Assembly (NCBI GenBank): GCA_027451085.1
Contig: DAIDKA010000237.1
Span: 1 to 53,843 of the forward strand
Reading direction: 5' to 3'
DNA length: 53,843 bases
From: Gammaproteobacteria bacterium
Lineage (GTDB): Bacteria > Pseudomonadota > Gammaproteobacteria > Steroidobacterales > Steroidobacteraceae
Below the pieces are notes generated by a model, which was not told where the DNA came from, ran no database searches, and saw nothing but the letters and a program-made list of their open reading frames with translations. A program made the position numbers and the translations under genes. This document shows positions 33,615 through 44,113 of the stretch, in pieces; positions within the stretch are counted from its first letter, which is position 1, and every line of letters begins with the position of its first letter.

Positions 33615-34145
33615 ATGGCGGTCAGGCCGGTGTTGAAGATGGGGCATCCGGTGCTGCGGCAGGTCGCAGCGCCGGTGACGGACTTCGGTCCGGCCTTGAG
33701 CGAGCTGCTCCTGGACATGGAAGAGACCATGCGCGAGCAGCGCGGCGCAGGCATCGCCGCTCCCCAGATCGGCGTAAGCCTGCGGGTGGTGATGTTCGAG
33801 ATGAAGGAAAACCCGCGTTATCCGGACATCGCGCCCATCCCCTTCACGGTGCTGGTGAATCCGGTGCTCACGCCGATCGGCGTGGAGCAGGACTCAGGCT
33901 GGGAGGGGTGCCTGTCGGTGCCGGGGATGCGAGGGCTGGTGCCGCGCTACCGGCAGCTGCATTACTCCGGCTTCGACCGCGACGGCCGGCCGTTTGAGTA
34001 CGCCGTGTCGGGGTTCCACGCGCGGGTGGTGCAGCACGAGGTCGACCATCTGGACGGCATTCTCTACCCGCAGCGCATCCGGGACCTGGCGCACTTCGGG
34101 TTCGAGGATGCGCTGGCGGGGCAGATGACCCCGATGCCGGACTGA
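33615..34145 (+). CDS. def: Peptide deformylase
   Basis: It has motif 1 GAGIAAPQIG, motif 2 EGCLSVPG and motif 3 HEVDHLDG. Confidence 0.95.
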   Translation: MAVRPVLKMGHPVLRQVAAPVTDFGPALSELLLDMEETMREQRGAGIAAPQIGVSLRVVMFEMKENPRYPDIAPIPFTVLVNPVLTPIGVEQDSGWEGCLSVPGMRGLVPRYRQLHYSGFDRDGRPFEYAVSGFHARVVQHEVDHLDGILYPQRIRDLAHFGFEDALAGQMTPMPD

Positions 34146-34148
34146 CGG

Positions 34149-34174
34149 TTTGCGGCTCGATCGCCGCCCGCAAA
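34149..34174. terminator. Hairpin after def (candidate terminator between convergent def and yebC-like genes)
   Basis: TTTGCGG (34149-34155) pairs with CCGCAAA (34168-34174) across a 12-nt loop. It starts 4 nt after the def stop. Confidence 0.35.
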
Positions 34175-34274
34175 AATCCGACGGCAGGATGCGTTGCCCA
34201 TCCCGGGTGTGGGGCAGCGCACCATCCATGGCGCGTATCCCCGCCTTGCGGACATTTGCGGTCGGCGCTTCAGC

Positions 34275-34997
34275 CTATCCTAGGTTGTGGAAGACGGAGT
34301 GGACGTCGTCGTTCTGTTCCAGCTTGTCCACCAGCGCCAGCACTTCGTTGGCCTGAGCCTCGGGCAGGTCCGTGTGCATGGTGGGGACGTACTCGTGCTC
34401 GGCTGAGATCGGGTGAATCTTGCGGGCTTCGAGCGCTTCCTGCAGGCGGCCGAAGTCCTCGAACGCGCAGCGCGCCACCAGCTGGGGTTCGCCCTTCTCA
34501 CCGGTGCTCTCGCCGAATTCCTCCAGGCCGTGGTCGATCAGGTAGAGCTCCAGATCATCCTGGTCGATCCCTTCCGGGTTCAGGCGGAAAACGCCCATCT
34601 TCTTGAACTGGAAGCTGACGCTGCCGCTGGTGGCCAGGTTGCCGTCGTTCTTGGTGACGATGTTGCGGACCTCGGCCACGGTGCGCGTGGGGTTGTCGGT
34701 GGCGGTTTCGATCATCAGCGCGATGCCGTGCGGGGCATAGGCTTCGTACAACACCTGCTGGTAGTTGGTCGCATCGCGGCCCGAGGCGCGCTTGATGGCG
34801 GCATCGACCTTGTCCTTGGGCATGTTGACGGCGCGCGCGTTCTGCATCGCGCGGCGCAGCGCCGGGTTGGACTGCGGATCGGGGCCTCCGGCCTTGACCG
34901 CCATGGTGATGTCCTTGGCGATGCGCGCGAACTGCTTGGCCATGCGGTTCCAGCGCGCGAACATCGTGGCCTTTCTGACTTCAAATATGCGTCCCAT
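34275..34997 (-). CDS. YebC/PmpR family DNA-binding transcriptional regulator
   Basis: ATG 34997 ([26 protein letters not shown]...). The [23 protein letters not shown] motif is present. The product is 240 aa. Confidence 0.9.
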   Translation of the reverse strand: MGRIFEVRKATMFARWNRMAKQFARIAKDITMAVKAGGPDPQSNPALRRAMQNARAVNMPKDKVDAAIKRASGRDATNYQQVLYEAYAPHGIALMIETATDNPTRTVAEVRNIVTKNDGNLATSGSVSFQFKKMGVFRLNPEGIDQDDLELYLIDHGLEEFGESTGEKGEPQLVARCAFEDFGRLQEALEARKIHPISAEHEYVPTMHTDLPEAQANEVLALVDKLEQNDDVHSVFHNLG

Positions 34998-35086
34998 CTC
35001 AATCCCCTGAAGCAAAGACCCCCGCCGGAGCGGGGGTCGTCACAGGCCTGGCCGGTGGGGCCGGCAGGCGATACGGTCTTCCAATG

Positions 35087-36250
35087 CTACGCCAGTTCGG
35101 CGTGCAGGATGCGCAGCCGGCGGCGCTGGACCTTCAGGCGCTGCTCGATCTCGCGCAGGCGCTTCTGGAAGTTGGCGTGCTCGAGGTGCTCGATCACCGC
35201 GCGCTTCTTGTCCTCCAGCCACTGCTCCTTGACATGCGTCCATTCGGCCACAGCCGAGGCCAGCGCGTCGTACTCCTGCGCAATCTTGCGGCGCAGCTGT
35301 TCTATGTGGGTGGCAGGGCCGTTGGCGGCCGGCAGCTGCTCCAGCTTGCGCTGCGCGCGTACCAGCTGCATGGACAGCAGGGCGCGTTGGATCTGGAACG
35401 CCGGGGTGCGCTTGAGGCGACGGGTCAGGCCCACGAACTGCAGGCTGCTGATGAGCCACTTGGTCGGATCCCACTGCCACCAGCGCACGCCATTGCGGTA
35501 GTCATGCGCAAAGATGTGGTGGTAGTTGTGATAGCCCTCGCCGAAGGTCACCACCGCGAGAATGGGGTTGTCGCGGGCGGTGTTTTCCTCGGTGTAGGGT
35601 CGCTTGCCCCAGATGTGGGCCAGAGAGTTGATGAAGAAGGTGAAGTGGTGGCTGATGAACAGGCGCAGCACGCCGGCCAGCAGCAGCCCGCCCCAGACAT
35701 CGCCCAGCGCCCAGCCGATCAGCAGCGGGGTGCCGAAGTTCGAGACGATGGCCAGCAGCGCATAGTGGCGGTGCTGGAAGGCCAGCATCTTGTCGCGCCG
35801 CAGGTCCGGAATGTTGCTCAAATCGACCTCGCCGCTCGGGTAGTCGCGCAGCATCCAGCCGATGTGCGAGAACCAGAAACCCCGGTTGGCCGAGTAAGGG
35901 TCTTTGTCGTTGTCGTCGACATGCAGGTGATGGCGGCGATGGCCGCTGCACCACACCCAGGCGCTGTTCTGCAGCGCCATGGTGCCGAACAGCAGGAACA
36001 CAAAGCGCAGCGCCGGATGGGCGTCATAGGCACGGTGCGCCCACAGGCGGTGGTAGCCCGCGGTGATCGACATCTCGTTCAGCGTGACGAGCAGGGCGAA
36101 AGTCACCCACATGCCGATCGAGTAGCCATGGACGATGCCGTACCAGGGCACGACAGTCAGCGATACCAGCGCTGTCAGGGTGAAGATCGCAACATTCAGC
36201 CAGATCAGTGCCGGCTTCTGGGGAATTGGCAGTGCGTTCGTGTTGGACAT
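35087..36250 (-). CDS. Acyl-CoA/acyl-lipid delta-9-type fatty acid desaturase
   Basis: I chose ATG 36250 (MSNTNALP...). It has three His boxes (HRLWAH, HRRHH, HNYHH) and four TM segments. The coiled C-terminal tail resembles that of Pseudomonas DesA-type enzymes. Confidence 0.9.
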   Translation of the reverse strand: MSNTNALPIPQKPALIWLNVAIFTLTALVSLTVVPWYGIVHGYSIGMWVTFALLVTLNEMSITAGYHRLWAHRAYDAHPALRFVFLLFGTMALQNSAWVWCSGHRRHHLHVDDNDKDPYSANRGFWFSHIGWMLRDYPSGEVDLSNIPDLRRDKMLAFQHRHYALLAIVSNFGTPLLIGWALGDVWGGLLLAGVLRLFISHHFTFFINSLAHIWGKRPYTEENTARDNPILAVVTFGEGYHNYHHIFAHDYRNGVRWWQWDPTKWLISSLQFVGLTRRLKRTPAFQIQRALLSMQLVRAQRKLEQLPAANGPATHIEQLRRKIAQEYDALASAVAEWTHVKEQWLEDKKRAVIEHLEHANFQKRLREIEQRLKVQRRRLRILHAELA

Positions 36251-36391
36251 GCAGGTAGAGGCGGCTCCATGCCGGGGCAGTGCTCGCCGGACCGTCGGCG
36301 AGGTCGGGAAACATATCATGAACCGGATGCGCAAGCAGGGGAACGGTCACAGCCTGCAAGGGTTTGTCACACAGGCTCGACATTCCGCGGC

Positions 36392-36414
36392 CGCCGTTCC
36401 CCGGCGATTTTTTT
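36392..36414 (+). terminator. Short GC hairpin followed by a T7 run (intrinsic-terminator-like, plus-strand orientation) in an intergenic region
   Basis: CGCCG (36392-36396) pairs with CGGCG (36402-36406) across the loop TTCCC, followed by A and TTTTTTT (36408-36414). A 7-T run is conspicuous in this high-GC DNA. No annotated plus-strand gene ends here. Confidence 0.3.
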
Positions 36415-36452
36415 GAGGCCCGGGCCAGGCTGGCCGATAATGGGCGCCAACT

Positions 36453-36482
36453 CCCGGTTTCAAGTCCCGGGCGGCTCCCCCA
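36453..36482 (+). other. Degenerate tRNA 3'-end-like fragment (T-arm + acceptor 3' strand + CCA-like), not an intact tRNA
   Basis: CCCGGTTTCAAGTCCCGGGCGGCTCCCCCA resembles a T-stem / TTCAAGT loop / T-stem / 7-nt acceptor strand / CCA. It has one extra or mutated base at the G53 position. No anticodon arm can be fitted into the 32 nt upstream. Confidence 0.35.
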
Positions 36483-36570
36483 CTGTATCTCAAGTGCCAA
36501 TATTACATAAGGTGGCACCGCTGAAAGCACTGGAACCGGCGCCGCCGGGAACCGTCGTCAATGGTGAAGC

Positions 36571-38019
36571 ATGGTCCTGATCCGAACCGTATTCCTGGCC
36601 TTTGCAGCTTGCGTAATCGCGGTATCCTGCTCCCCCAAGGTGCAGGACACTCTTTCGCACGGCCGCTTCAAGAACGCGACGATCTACCGCCCGGCGGGAC
36701 CGGTGCGGCAGGTCGTCCTGCTGCTGTCCGGTGACGGCGGCTGGGCCGCGGATACGGACCGCATGGCGGTGCAGCTGCAGCAGCACGGGGCCATGGTAGT
36801 GGGTATCGACCAGCCCGCCTTCCTGCACGATCTGCTGCAGGACCGCAGCCCGTGCTACTTCCCGGATGGGGACCTCGAGAACCTCAGTCATTTCGTCCAG
36901 GCGTATTACCACCTGCCGACATACATCCCACCGGTGCTGGCGGGCTACTCCGCCGGTTCCTCCATGGCCTATGTCATCGGCGGCAATGCCGCGCCGGGCT
37001 TGTTCTCGGCGGTGCTGACCCTGGGCTTCACACCGGAATACGAGAGCACCAAGCCCTTCTGCAAGGGCGAGGGCACTTACTTCCAGCGCCGCGCGGACGG
37101 CAGGGGACTGACCTTGCTGCCGGTGGACAAGATGCCGCTGAAGTGGATCGACGTCCACGGCCAGAGCGACAGCGTCTGCCCGGTCAAGGACGCCGCTGAT
37201 TTCATATCCAGGGTGAAAACCGCGCGCATCGAGATCATCCCGCACGTGGGGCACGACTTTCTCGACCCGTCACAGTGGTCGAAGAACCTGACCTCGGCCC
37301 TGGATGAGCTCACGGCCGGCCAGGTGGTGCGGGTGCAGGTGCCGGAGGCGCTGAAGGACCTGCCGCTGCTGGAGATCGCCGCGACCAGCGCGCCGGCAAA
37401 CGATGCCTTCGCCATCATGATCTCGGGCGATGGTGGCTGGGCCGGCATCGACAAGGGCGTGGCCCGGTCGCTCTCCGAGCGCGGAGTGCCCATTGTCGGC
37501 TGGGACTCGCTGCGCTACTTCTGGACCAAGCGCACCCCCGATGGTGTGGCGCAGGACCTCGACCGGGTGATCGCCTACTACACCCGCGCGTGGCATCGGC
37601 AGAAGGTGCTGCTGGTGGGCTACTCCCAGGGTGCCGATGTGCTGCCTTTCGCGATCAACCGCCTGTCGTCCGCCGGCCGCGCGGCCATCGCCTCCACGTC
37701 GCTCCTGGGACTGGGGCACAACGCGGCCTTCGAGTTCCACCTGTCCAACTGGGTGGGACCGAGCGACGGCCTGCCCATCAAGCCCGAGTTCGACCAGCTG
37801 CCGCGCGGCAGCACGCTGTGCGTGTTCGGTGCCGGCGACAAGGATTCGCTGTGTGCGGACGAGGTCGGTCATCCCGGTGTGGTGCAGCTGGGTGACGGGC
37901 ATCACTTCGGGGGCAACTTCGACGGCCTGGCAGACCTCGTGCTGAAGTTTGCCGGGCGCGAGGCCACCGTGGTGCCCACCGTTGCTACCGCGCCGCCGGA
38001 TTCGGGGGCTGGCAAGTAG
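36571..38019 (+). CDS. AcvB/VirJ family protein (putative lysyl-phosphatidylglycerol hydrolase), lipoprotein-like
   Basis: It has a lipobox-like N-terminus (LAFAACVIAVSCS). Two alpha/beta-hydrolase-like halves are present (LLLSGDGGWA...; AIMISGDGGWAGIDKGVARSLSERGVPIVGWDSLRYFW...LLVGYSQGADVLPF), typical of VirJ/AcvB. Confidence 0.8.
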   Translation: MVLIRTVFLAFAACVIAVSCSPKVQDTLSHGRFKNATIYRPAGPVRQVVLLLSGDGGWAADTDRMAVQLQQHGAMVVGIDQPAFLHDLLQDRSPCYFPDGDLENLSHFVQAYYHLPTYIPPVLAGYSAGSSMAYVIGGNAAPGLFSAVLTLGFTPEYESTKPFCKGEGTYFQRRADGRGLTLLPVDKMPLKWIDVHGQSDSVCPVKDAADFISRVKTARIEIIPHVGHDFLDPSQWSKNLTSALDELTAGQVVRVQVPEALKDLPLLEIAATSAPANDAFAIMISGDGGWAGIDKGVARSLSERGVPIVGWDSLRYFWTKRTPDGVAQDLDRVIAYYTRAWHRQKVLLVGYSQGADVLPFAINRLSSAGRAAIASTSLLGLGHNAAFEFHLSNWVGPSDGLPIKPEFDQLPRGSTLCVFGAGDKDSLCADEVGHPGVVQLGDGHHFGGNFDGLADLVLKFAGREATVVPTVATAPPDSGAGK

Positions 38020-38063
38020 GCCGGACCGACCTCCCGGCCGCGGCAATCGGTTAGTGTTGTCGC

Positions 38064-41000
38064 ATGAGCAGCCTGGATAGCCTGCACCCGGCTGTGGCAG
38101 CCTGGTTCCGCCGCAGCTTCGATGCGCCCACTGAAGCGCAATCACAGGCGTGGCCTGCCATCCAGGCCCGGCGCCACGTGCTGGTGGCCGCGCCCACCGG
38201 TTCGGGCAAAACCCTCGCCGCCTTTCTCGCTGCCATCGACGAGCTGGTGCGCGAGGGACTGCACCGTCCGCTGCCGGACGAGACGCGGATCGTGTACGTC
38301 TCGCCGCTGAAGGCGCTCTCCAACGATATCGAGCGCAACCTCGCCAGTCCGCTTGACGGTATCCGCCGCGAGCTGTTCGAGCGCGGATTGCCGGACGTCG
38401 ACATCCGCGCCTGGGTGCGGACCGGCGACACACCGCAGCAGGAGCGGGCGCAAATGCGGCGTCGCCCGCCACACATCGTCGTCACCACCCCCGAGTCGCT
38501 GTACATCCTGCTGGGCTCACAGTCGGGCCGCGAAATGCTGGCCACCACGCGCACGGTAATCGTCGACGAAATCCACGCGCTGGCGGGCAACAAGCGTGGC
38601 GCGCACCTGGCGCTGTCGCTGGCGCGGCTCGAAGCGCTGACCGCGCAGCGCATGGGCGGCCTGCTGGGCGGCCTCACCCGCATCGGCCTGTCCGCCACAC
38701 AGAAGCCGATCGAGGCGGTGGCGCGGTTCCTCACTGCCGGAGCCTGCACCATCGTCGACGGCGGCCACGCCCGCAAGCGCGATCTGGCGCTGGAGCTGCC
38801 GCCGGTGCCGCTGGACGCGGTGATGTCCGGGGAGACCTGGTCGCTGGTGTACGACCGGCTGGCGCAGCTGGTGACGGCGCACCGCACCACCCTGGTGTTC
38901 GTGAACACACGCCGCCTGGCCGAACGCCTGGCGCGACAGCTGACCGAGCGGCTGGGCGCCGAGCAGGTGATGGCCCATCACGGCAGCATGGCGCGCGAAC
39001 GGCGCTGGCAGGCCGAGCAGCGGTTGAAGCGCGGGGAGCTCAAGGTCCTGGTGGCCACGGCCTCACTGGAGCTGGGCATCGACATCGGTGACGTCGATCT
39101 CGTGTGCCAGATCGCATCCCCGCATTCCATCAACGCCTTCCTGCAGCGCGTGGGCCGTTCCGGCCATGCTGTGGGCGGCACCCCCAAGGGACGGCTGTTC
39201 CCGCTGTCGCGTGACGACCTGGTGGAGTGCGCGGCGCTGCTGGATGCCGTGCGCCGCGGTGAACTCGACGTGCTGCACGTGCCACCGGGCACGCTCGACG
39301 TGCTCTCGCAGCATATCGTTGCCGAAGTGGCCGGCCAGGAATGGGACGACGACGGGCTGTACCGGCTGGTACGCGAGGCGCAGCCCTACGCGCAACTGCC
39401 CCGGGAGGACTTCGACGCTGTGCTGCGCATGCTGGCGGAAGGTTTCAGCACGCGCCGCGGCCGCCAGCAGGGCGCCTTGATCCATCACGATGGCATCCAT
39501 CACCGCCTGCGCCCGCGTCGCGGTTCGCGCCTGACGGCGTTGACCTCGGGTGGCGCGATTCCCGACACTGCCGATTACCAAGTCATGCTGGAGCCTGAAG
39601 CCCACATCGTGGGTTCGGTGAACGAGGACTTCGCGGTCGAAAGCATGGCCGGTGATGTGTTCCAGCTCGGCAACACTTCCTATCGCATCCTGCGCGTGGA
39701 GCGCGGCACGGTACGCGTGGAAGATGCGCAGGGGGTGCCGCCCACCATTCCGTTCTGGCTGGGCGAGGCGCCAGGCCGCACGGATGAGCTGTCGGGCGCG
39801 GTTTCAAGGCTGCGGCAGGAACTGGCGCGGCACCTGGAAAGCGAGGGTCGCGACGCTGCCGCGCGCGCCTGGCTGATGCACGAGGTTGGATTGGATGAGT
39901 CCGCCGCCTCCCAGCTCACGGCGTATCTTGCCGCGGCGCTGGCGGCGCTCGGCTGCCTGCCGGCGCGCGACACCGTGGTGCTGGAGCGGTTTTTCGACGA
40001 AGCCGGCGGCATGCAGCTGGTGCTGCATGCGCCCTTCGGCAGCCGCGTGAACCGTGCCTGGGGACTGAGCTTGCGCAAGCGCTTCTGCCGCCAGTTCAAC
40101 TTCGAGCTGCAGGCGGCAGCCACCGAGGATGCACTGGTGCTGTCGCTGACCACGGCGCACAGCTTCGAGCTGATGGAGGTGGCGAGTTACCTGCGTTCCG
40201 ACAGTGCACAGCACATCCTTGAACAGGCACTGTTCGCCGCGCCGATGTTCACCACGCGCTGGCGCTGGGTGGCCGCGATTTCGCTTGCGCTGCCGCGCTT
40301 CCGCGGCGGCAGGAAGGTGCCGCCACCACTGGCGCGCATGAATGCCGAGGACCTGCTGGCAGGGGTGTTCCCCGACCAGGTGGCCTGCGCCGAGAATCTG
40401 CCCGGGGAGATCGAAGTCCCGGACCACCCGTTGGTGCGGCAATGCATCTGCGACTGCCTGCACGAGGCAATGGATCTGGACGGGTTCCTGGCGACGCTGG
40501 CCGGCATCGAAAGCGGTGCTGTCCGCGTGGTGGCGCGCGACCTCACCGAGCCTTCGCCGCTGGCGCTGGAGGTGCTGTCGGCCAGGCCATATGCCTTCCT
40601 CGACGATGCGCCGCTGGAGGAACGGCGCACCCAGGCCGTGATGAGCCGGCGCTTTCTTGCTCCACAAAGCGCCGCCGGCATCGGCCGCCTGGACCCCGAG
40701 GCCATCGCCCGCGTGCGCGAGGAGGCCTGGCCGGCGGCGGCCACGGCTGATGAACTGCACGATGCGCTCATGTGGCTGGGTTTCCTGACGCAAGCCGAGG
40801 CCAACGCCAACACCGCCTGGCCGGCCTTGCTCGCCGAACTTGAATCGCAGGGCCGGGTGATGCGTCGGGCTGGATCGGCGGCGGCGCAGTGGATCGCGAC
40901 GGAGCGGCGGCACTGGTGGAGCAGCGATGAGGGACAGGTGCTGATCATCCGCGGCCGGTTGGATGGCCTGGGGCCGGTGACGGTGCAGCGGCTGGCGCAG

Positions 41001-42323
41001 GAGAGTGGCCTGGCGCCCGCCAGGGTCAGCGCCGCGCTTGGCGCGCTGCAGGCGCAGGGCACCGCCATGAGCGGACGCTTCACGCCGGAAGGCCTTGCCG
41101 CCGATGTCACCGAGTGGTGTGAACGGGGCCTGCTGGCGCGCATCCATCGCTACACGGTCAAGACATTGCGGGCGCAGATCGAGCCGGTAGCCGCGCGCGA
41201 CTTTCTGCGCTTCCTGTGTGACTGGCAGCGCGCCAGTCCCGCGGCGCGCATGCAGGGGCCGGAAGCGCTGACTGCGGTGCTGGATCAGCTCGAAGGCTGC
41301 GAGGTTGCCGCGGGTGCCTGGGAGAGCGAAATCCTGCCGGCGCGCATTGCGGAATACGACCCGGCCTGGCTGGATGAGCATGGCCTGGCCGGCCGCTATG
41401 TGTGGGCAAGGCTGTGTCCGCCGGCGCGCACTGCGGTGGCGGCGGGTCCGGTGCGTTCCACGCCCATCACGCTGCTGCCCCGGCGCCAGATGCGCGTGTG
41501 GTCGGCGCTCACGGCGGTGCCGGTGCTGGCTGACACTGCAGCCTCGCCGGCCGCGCGTGCGGTCGCCGAGCATCTCACCCGGCAAGGCGCGAGCTTCTAT
41601 GACGATCTGGTGCACGGTGCCGGCCTGCTGCCGGCGCAGGGCGAGGCTGCCCTGGGAGAACTGGCGGCGCTGGGGCTGGTGAACTGCGGTGGTTTCGGCG
41701 GGCTGCGCGCGCTGCTGCTGCCGGCGCAGCGGCAGCGTCCAGCACGTGGCAGGCGTGGGCGGCGGGTACTGTTCGGCATGGCTGACTCCGGGCGCTGGGC
41801 GCTGGTGCACCGGCATCAGCCCGCGGCACGCGAAGAAGCGGTGGAGCATGTCGTGCGGACGTTGCTCAGGCGCTGGGGCGTGATCTTCTGGCGCCTGATG
41901 GCGGCCGAGGCAGACTGGCTGCCGCCATGGCGTGAACTCATGGTCTGCTGTCGCCGGCTGGAGGCCCGTGGGGAAATCCGCGGCGGACGCTTTGTCGCGG
42001 GCTTTTCCGGTGAGCAGTACGCGCTGCCGGAGGCGGTGGCGCTGCTGCGCGAATCGCGCCGGCAAGGACAGGAGGCGCGCTGGGTATCACTCTCGGCGGC
42101 GGATCCACTGAATCTCATTGGCATCCTGACGCCGGGGCCGCGACTGCCAGCACTGGCCGGCAACCGGTTGCTTTACCGCGATGGCCTGCCGGTTGCGACG
42201 CTTGCCGCGGGCGAGGTCCGCTTTATGGCCGACATGGACGAGTCTGCCCGCTGGCAGGCGCAGAACCTGCTGGTCCGCAGTGCCACCGTGTTGTCGCCGG
42301 TTGCCGTCAAACCCGCGGACTGA
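38064..42323 (+). CDS. lhr: Lhr-family ATP-dependent DEAD/DEAH-box helicase
   Basis: The protein is 1419 aa. It has the Q-motif region, Walker A APTGSGKT, the DEIH box (VDEIHAL), SAT (LSAT) and helicase C motifs ([21 protein letters not shown]). A long Lhr-type C-terminal extension follows. Confidence 0.9.
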   Translation: MSSLDSLHPAVAAWFRRSFDAPTEAQSQAWPAIQARRHVLVAAPTGSGKTLAAFLAAIDELVREGLHRPLPDETRIVYVSPLKALSNDIERNLASPLDGIRRELFERGLPDVDIRAWVRTGDTPQQERAQMRRRPPHIVVTTPESLYILLGSQSGREMLATTRTVIVDEIHALAGNKRGAHLALSLARLEALTAQRMGGLLGGLTRIGLSATQKPIEAVARFLTAGACTIVDGGHARKRDLALELPPVPLDAVMSGETWSLVYDRLAQLVTAHRTTLVFVNTRRLAERLARQLTERLGAEQVMAHHGSMARERRWQAEQRLKRGELKVLVATASLELGIDIGDVDLVCQIASPHSINAFLQRVGRSGHAVGGTPKGRLFPLSRDDLVECAALLDAVRRGELDVLHVPPGTLDVLSQHIVAEVAGQEWDDDGLYRLVREAQPYAQLPREDFDAVLRMLAEGFSTRRGRQQGALIHHDGIHHRLRPRRGSRLTALTSGGAIPDTADYQVMLEPEAHIVGSVNEDFAVESMAGDVFQLGNTSYRILRVERGTVRVEDAQGVPPTIPFWLGEAPGRTDELSGAVSRLRQELARHLESEGRDAAARAWLMHEVGLDESAASQLTAYLAAALAALGCLPARDTVVLERFFDEAGGMQLVLHAPFGSRVNRAWGLSLRKRFCRQFNFELQAAATEDALVLSLTTAHSFELMEVASYLRSDSAQHILEQALFAAPMFTTRWRWVAAISLALPRFRGGRKVPPPLARMNAEDLLAGVFPDQVACAENLPGEIEVPDHPLVRQCICDCLHEAMDLDGFLATLAGIESGAVRVVARDLTEPSPLALEVLSARPYAFLDDAPLEERRTQAVMSRRFLAPQSAAGIGRLDPEAIARVREEAWPAAATADELHDALMWLGFLTQAEANANTAWPALLAELESQGRVMRRAGSAAAQWIATERRHWWSSDEGQVLIIRGRLDGLGPVTVQRLAQESGLAPARVSAALGALQAQGTAMSGRFTPEGLAADVTEWCERGLLARIHRYTVKTLRAQIEPVAARDFLRFLCDWQRASPAARMQGPEALTAVLDQLEGCEVAAGAWESEILPARIAEYDPAWLDEHGLAGRYVWARLCPPARTAVAAGPVRSTPITLLPRRQMRVWSALTAVPVLADTAASPAARAVAEHLTRQGASFYDDLVHGAGLLPAQGEAALGELAALGLVNCGGFGGLRALLLPAQRQRPARGRRGRRVLFGMADSGRWALVHRHQPAAREEAVEHVVRTLLRRWGVIFWRLMAAEADWLPPWRELMVCCRRLEARGEIRGGRFVAGFSGEQYALPEAVALLRESRRQGQEARWVSLSAADPLNLIGILTPGPRLPALAGNRLLYRDGLPVATLAAGEVRFMADMDESARWQAQNLLVRSATVLSPVAVKPAD

Positions 42324-42400
42324 TGCTCGAGACACGCCAGCCAGGGGCGGCCGGCTCCCGTATACTTTCGCAATAGCTACTTGAGTACTGGGTGGTGTGA

Positions 42401-44113
42401 GTGCGGGTGCGTCAGTGGTTGATCGCGGCGGGCGTGGTGATTGCGATGGCACTCGCTTATTTGGCGGGCAGCAGGCTGCACGAGCCCGCTGATGCCGGGC
42501 TGAGCGCGGACCGCAGCGCCACTGTTCCGGTGTCGCAGCCACCGGCCCGCACGCAGAGTCCATCCATGGACGCGCCGCCGGTGCCGGCCTCAGCGGCCTC
42601 GCTGCCTGCTTCTGCCGCAACACCCGCAGCCGAAGCCCCGCCCGCCGAGCAGGGATTCGGTTTCCAGGAAGTGCAGCAACTGGCGCAGGAGCGTGCGGCC
42701 AAGCCCTACGAGAACCGCTCACCGAAGCTGCCGACGGCCATCGCCAATCTCAGTTTCGACCAGTACCAGGCCATCCATTTCAAACACAGCGATGCGCTGT
42801 GGCGCAACCAGTCGCTGTTCGAGGTCCAGTTCTTCCACCGCGGTTTCAACTTCGACCGCCGCGTGAACATCTCGGAGGTGGTCGACGGTCAGGCCAGGCC
42901 GATCATCTACAACCCCAACTGGTTCGACTTCGGCAGGGTGGTGCGCCAGCCCGGAAAGCTGCCGCGAAGCCTGGGATTTGCCGGCTTCCGCGTGCATTAC
43001 CCGCTGCAGACGCCGACCTACAAGGACGAACTCATCGTCTTCCTGGGCGCCACCTTCTTCCGTGTGCTGGGTCGCAACCAGGACTACGGCCTGACGGCGC
43101 GGGGCCTCGCCATCAACACCGGTTCCAAGGGCGGCGAGGAATTTCCCTGGTTCACCGACTTCTGGCTGGTCCGGCCCACCGGTCCGGAGCAGCGCGTGCT
43201 CACCCTCTACGCGCTGCTCGACAGTGACAGCGTGACCGGGGCCTACCGCTTCGACGTACGCCCGGGCGGCATCACGCAGCTGGAGGTGCACAGCGTGCTG
43301 TTTCCGCGCAAGAGCATCCACAAGCTGGGCATAGCGCCCATGACCTCGATGTTCCTGTACGGGGAGGATCCGGCCGGGCATCGCTTCAACGACTACCGCC
43401 CCGAGGTCCACGACAGCGATGGCCTGATGATGCAGACCGGCATCGGCGAGTGGCTGTGGCGGCCGCTCACCAACCCGAAGGACCTGCGCATCAACCGCTT
43501 CATGGATGAGCACCCGCGTGGTTTCGGGCTGATCCAGCGCGACCGTGACTTCAACCATTACCAGGACGAGGATGCGCGGTTCCAGCGCCGTCCCAGCTAC
43601 TGGATACAGCCTCTGGGCGACTGGGGTCGCGGCGGTGTGGAACTGGTGGAGATTCCCAACGGCGAGGATATCCACGACAACATCGCCGCTTACTGGGTGC
43701 CGGAACAGGCGGTGGAAGCCGGCAAACCGCTGCACTTCGACTGGCTGATGCTCGCGCATGGGGATTCGCAGCAATGGCCGCCCGGCGGCAAGGTCATTGC
43801 CACGCGCACGCTGCCGGCGACGCCGGCGGAAGTCCAGAGCACCGCCCACAGCGATGCGCGCCGCATCCTGATCGACTTTGCAGGCGGTGACCTGGATGGC
43901 CTGAACGACAGCCAGCCACTGAAGGCGCTGCTCACCGCCAACGGCGGACAGGTCCAGGACGTTACGGTGCAGAAGCTGGTCGAGACCGGCAGCTGGCGCG
44001 TGAGCTTCCTGGTGTTCCCGACGCACCAGCACGACACCGTCGACCTGCATTGCTATCTCCAGCTTTACGGTGAGTCGCTCACCGAGACCTGGACCGACCA
44101 GTTGCCGCTGTGA
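42401..44113 (+). CDS. opgG: Glucan biosynthesis protein G (OpgG/MdoG family) with an N-terminal anchor and a P/A/S-rich linker
   Basis: The start is GTG 42401. A TM/signal segment (WLIAAGVVIAMALAYLAG) is followed by a Pro/Ala/Ser-rich linker of about 70 aa. The MdoG core follows (FDQYQAIHFK, FFHRGFNFDRRV, FAGFRVHYPL, WLWRPLTNP, RGFGLIQRDRDFNHYQD). Confidence 0.85.
   Translation: MRVRQWLIAAGVVIAMALAYLAGSRLHEPADAGLSADRSATVPVSQPPARTQSPSMDAPPVPASAASLPASAATPAAEAPPAEQGFGFQEVQQLAQERAAKPYENRSPKLPTAIANLSFDQYQAIHFKHSDALWRNQSLFEVQFFHRGFNFDRRVNISEVVDGQARPIIYNPNWFDFGRVVRQPGKLPRSLGFAGFRVHYPLQTPTYKDELIVFLGATFFRVLGRNQDYGLTARGLAINTGSKGGEEFPWFTDFWLVRPTGPEQRVLTLYALLDSDSVTGAYRFDVRPGGITQLEVHSVLFPRKSIHKLGIAPMTSMFLYGEDPAGHRFNDYRPEVHDSDGLMMQTGIGEWLWRPLTNPKDLRINRFMDEHPRGFGLIQRDRDFNHYQDEDARFQRRPSYWIQPLGDWGRGGVELVEIPNGEDIHDNIAAYWVPEQAVEAGKPLHFDWLMLAHGDSQQWPPGGKVIATRTLPATPAEVQSTAHSDARRILIDFAGGDLDGLNDSQPLKALLTANGGQVQDVTVQKLVETGSWRVSFLVFPTHQHDTVDLHCYLQLYGESLTETWTDQLPL

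Noticed and set aside
36415-36483. A possible intact tRNA gene
   Set aside because: Only a T-arm, a 3' acceptor strand and CCA-like segment, and a partially complementary 5' strand can be found. The interior is about 10 nt too short for D and anticodon arms. It is reported only as a fragment.
39804-42065. 753-aa ORF on the minus strand, plus several 150-320-aa ORFs in the same region
   Set aside because: They lie antisense inside lhr, whose helicase motifs are unambiguous. The products are Arg/Pro/Gln/His-rich.
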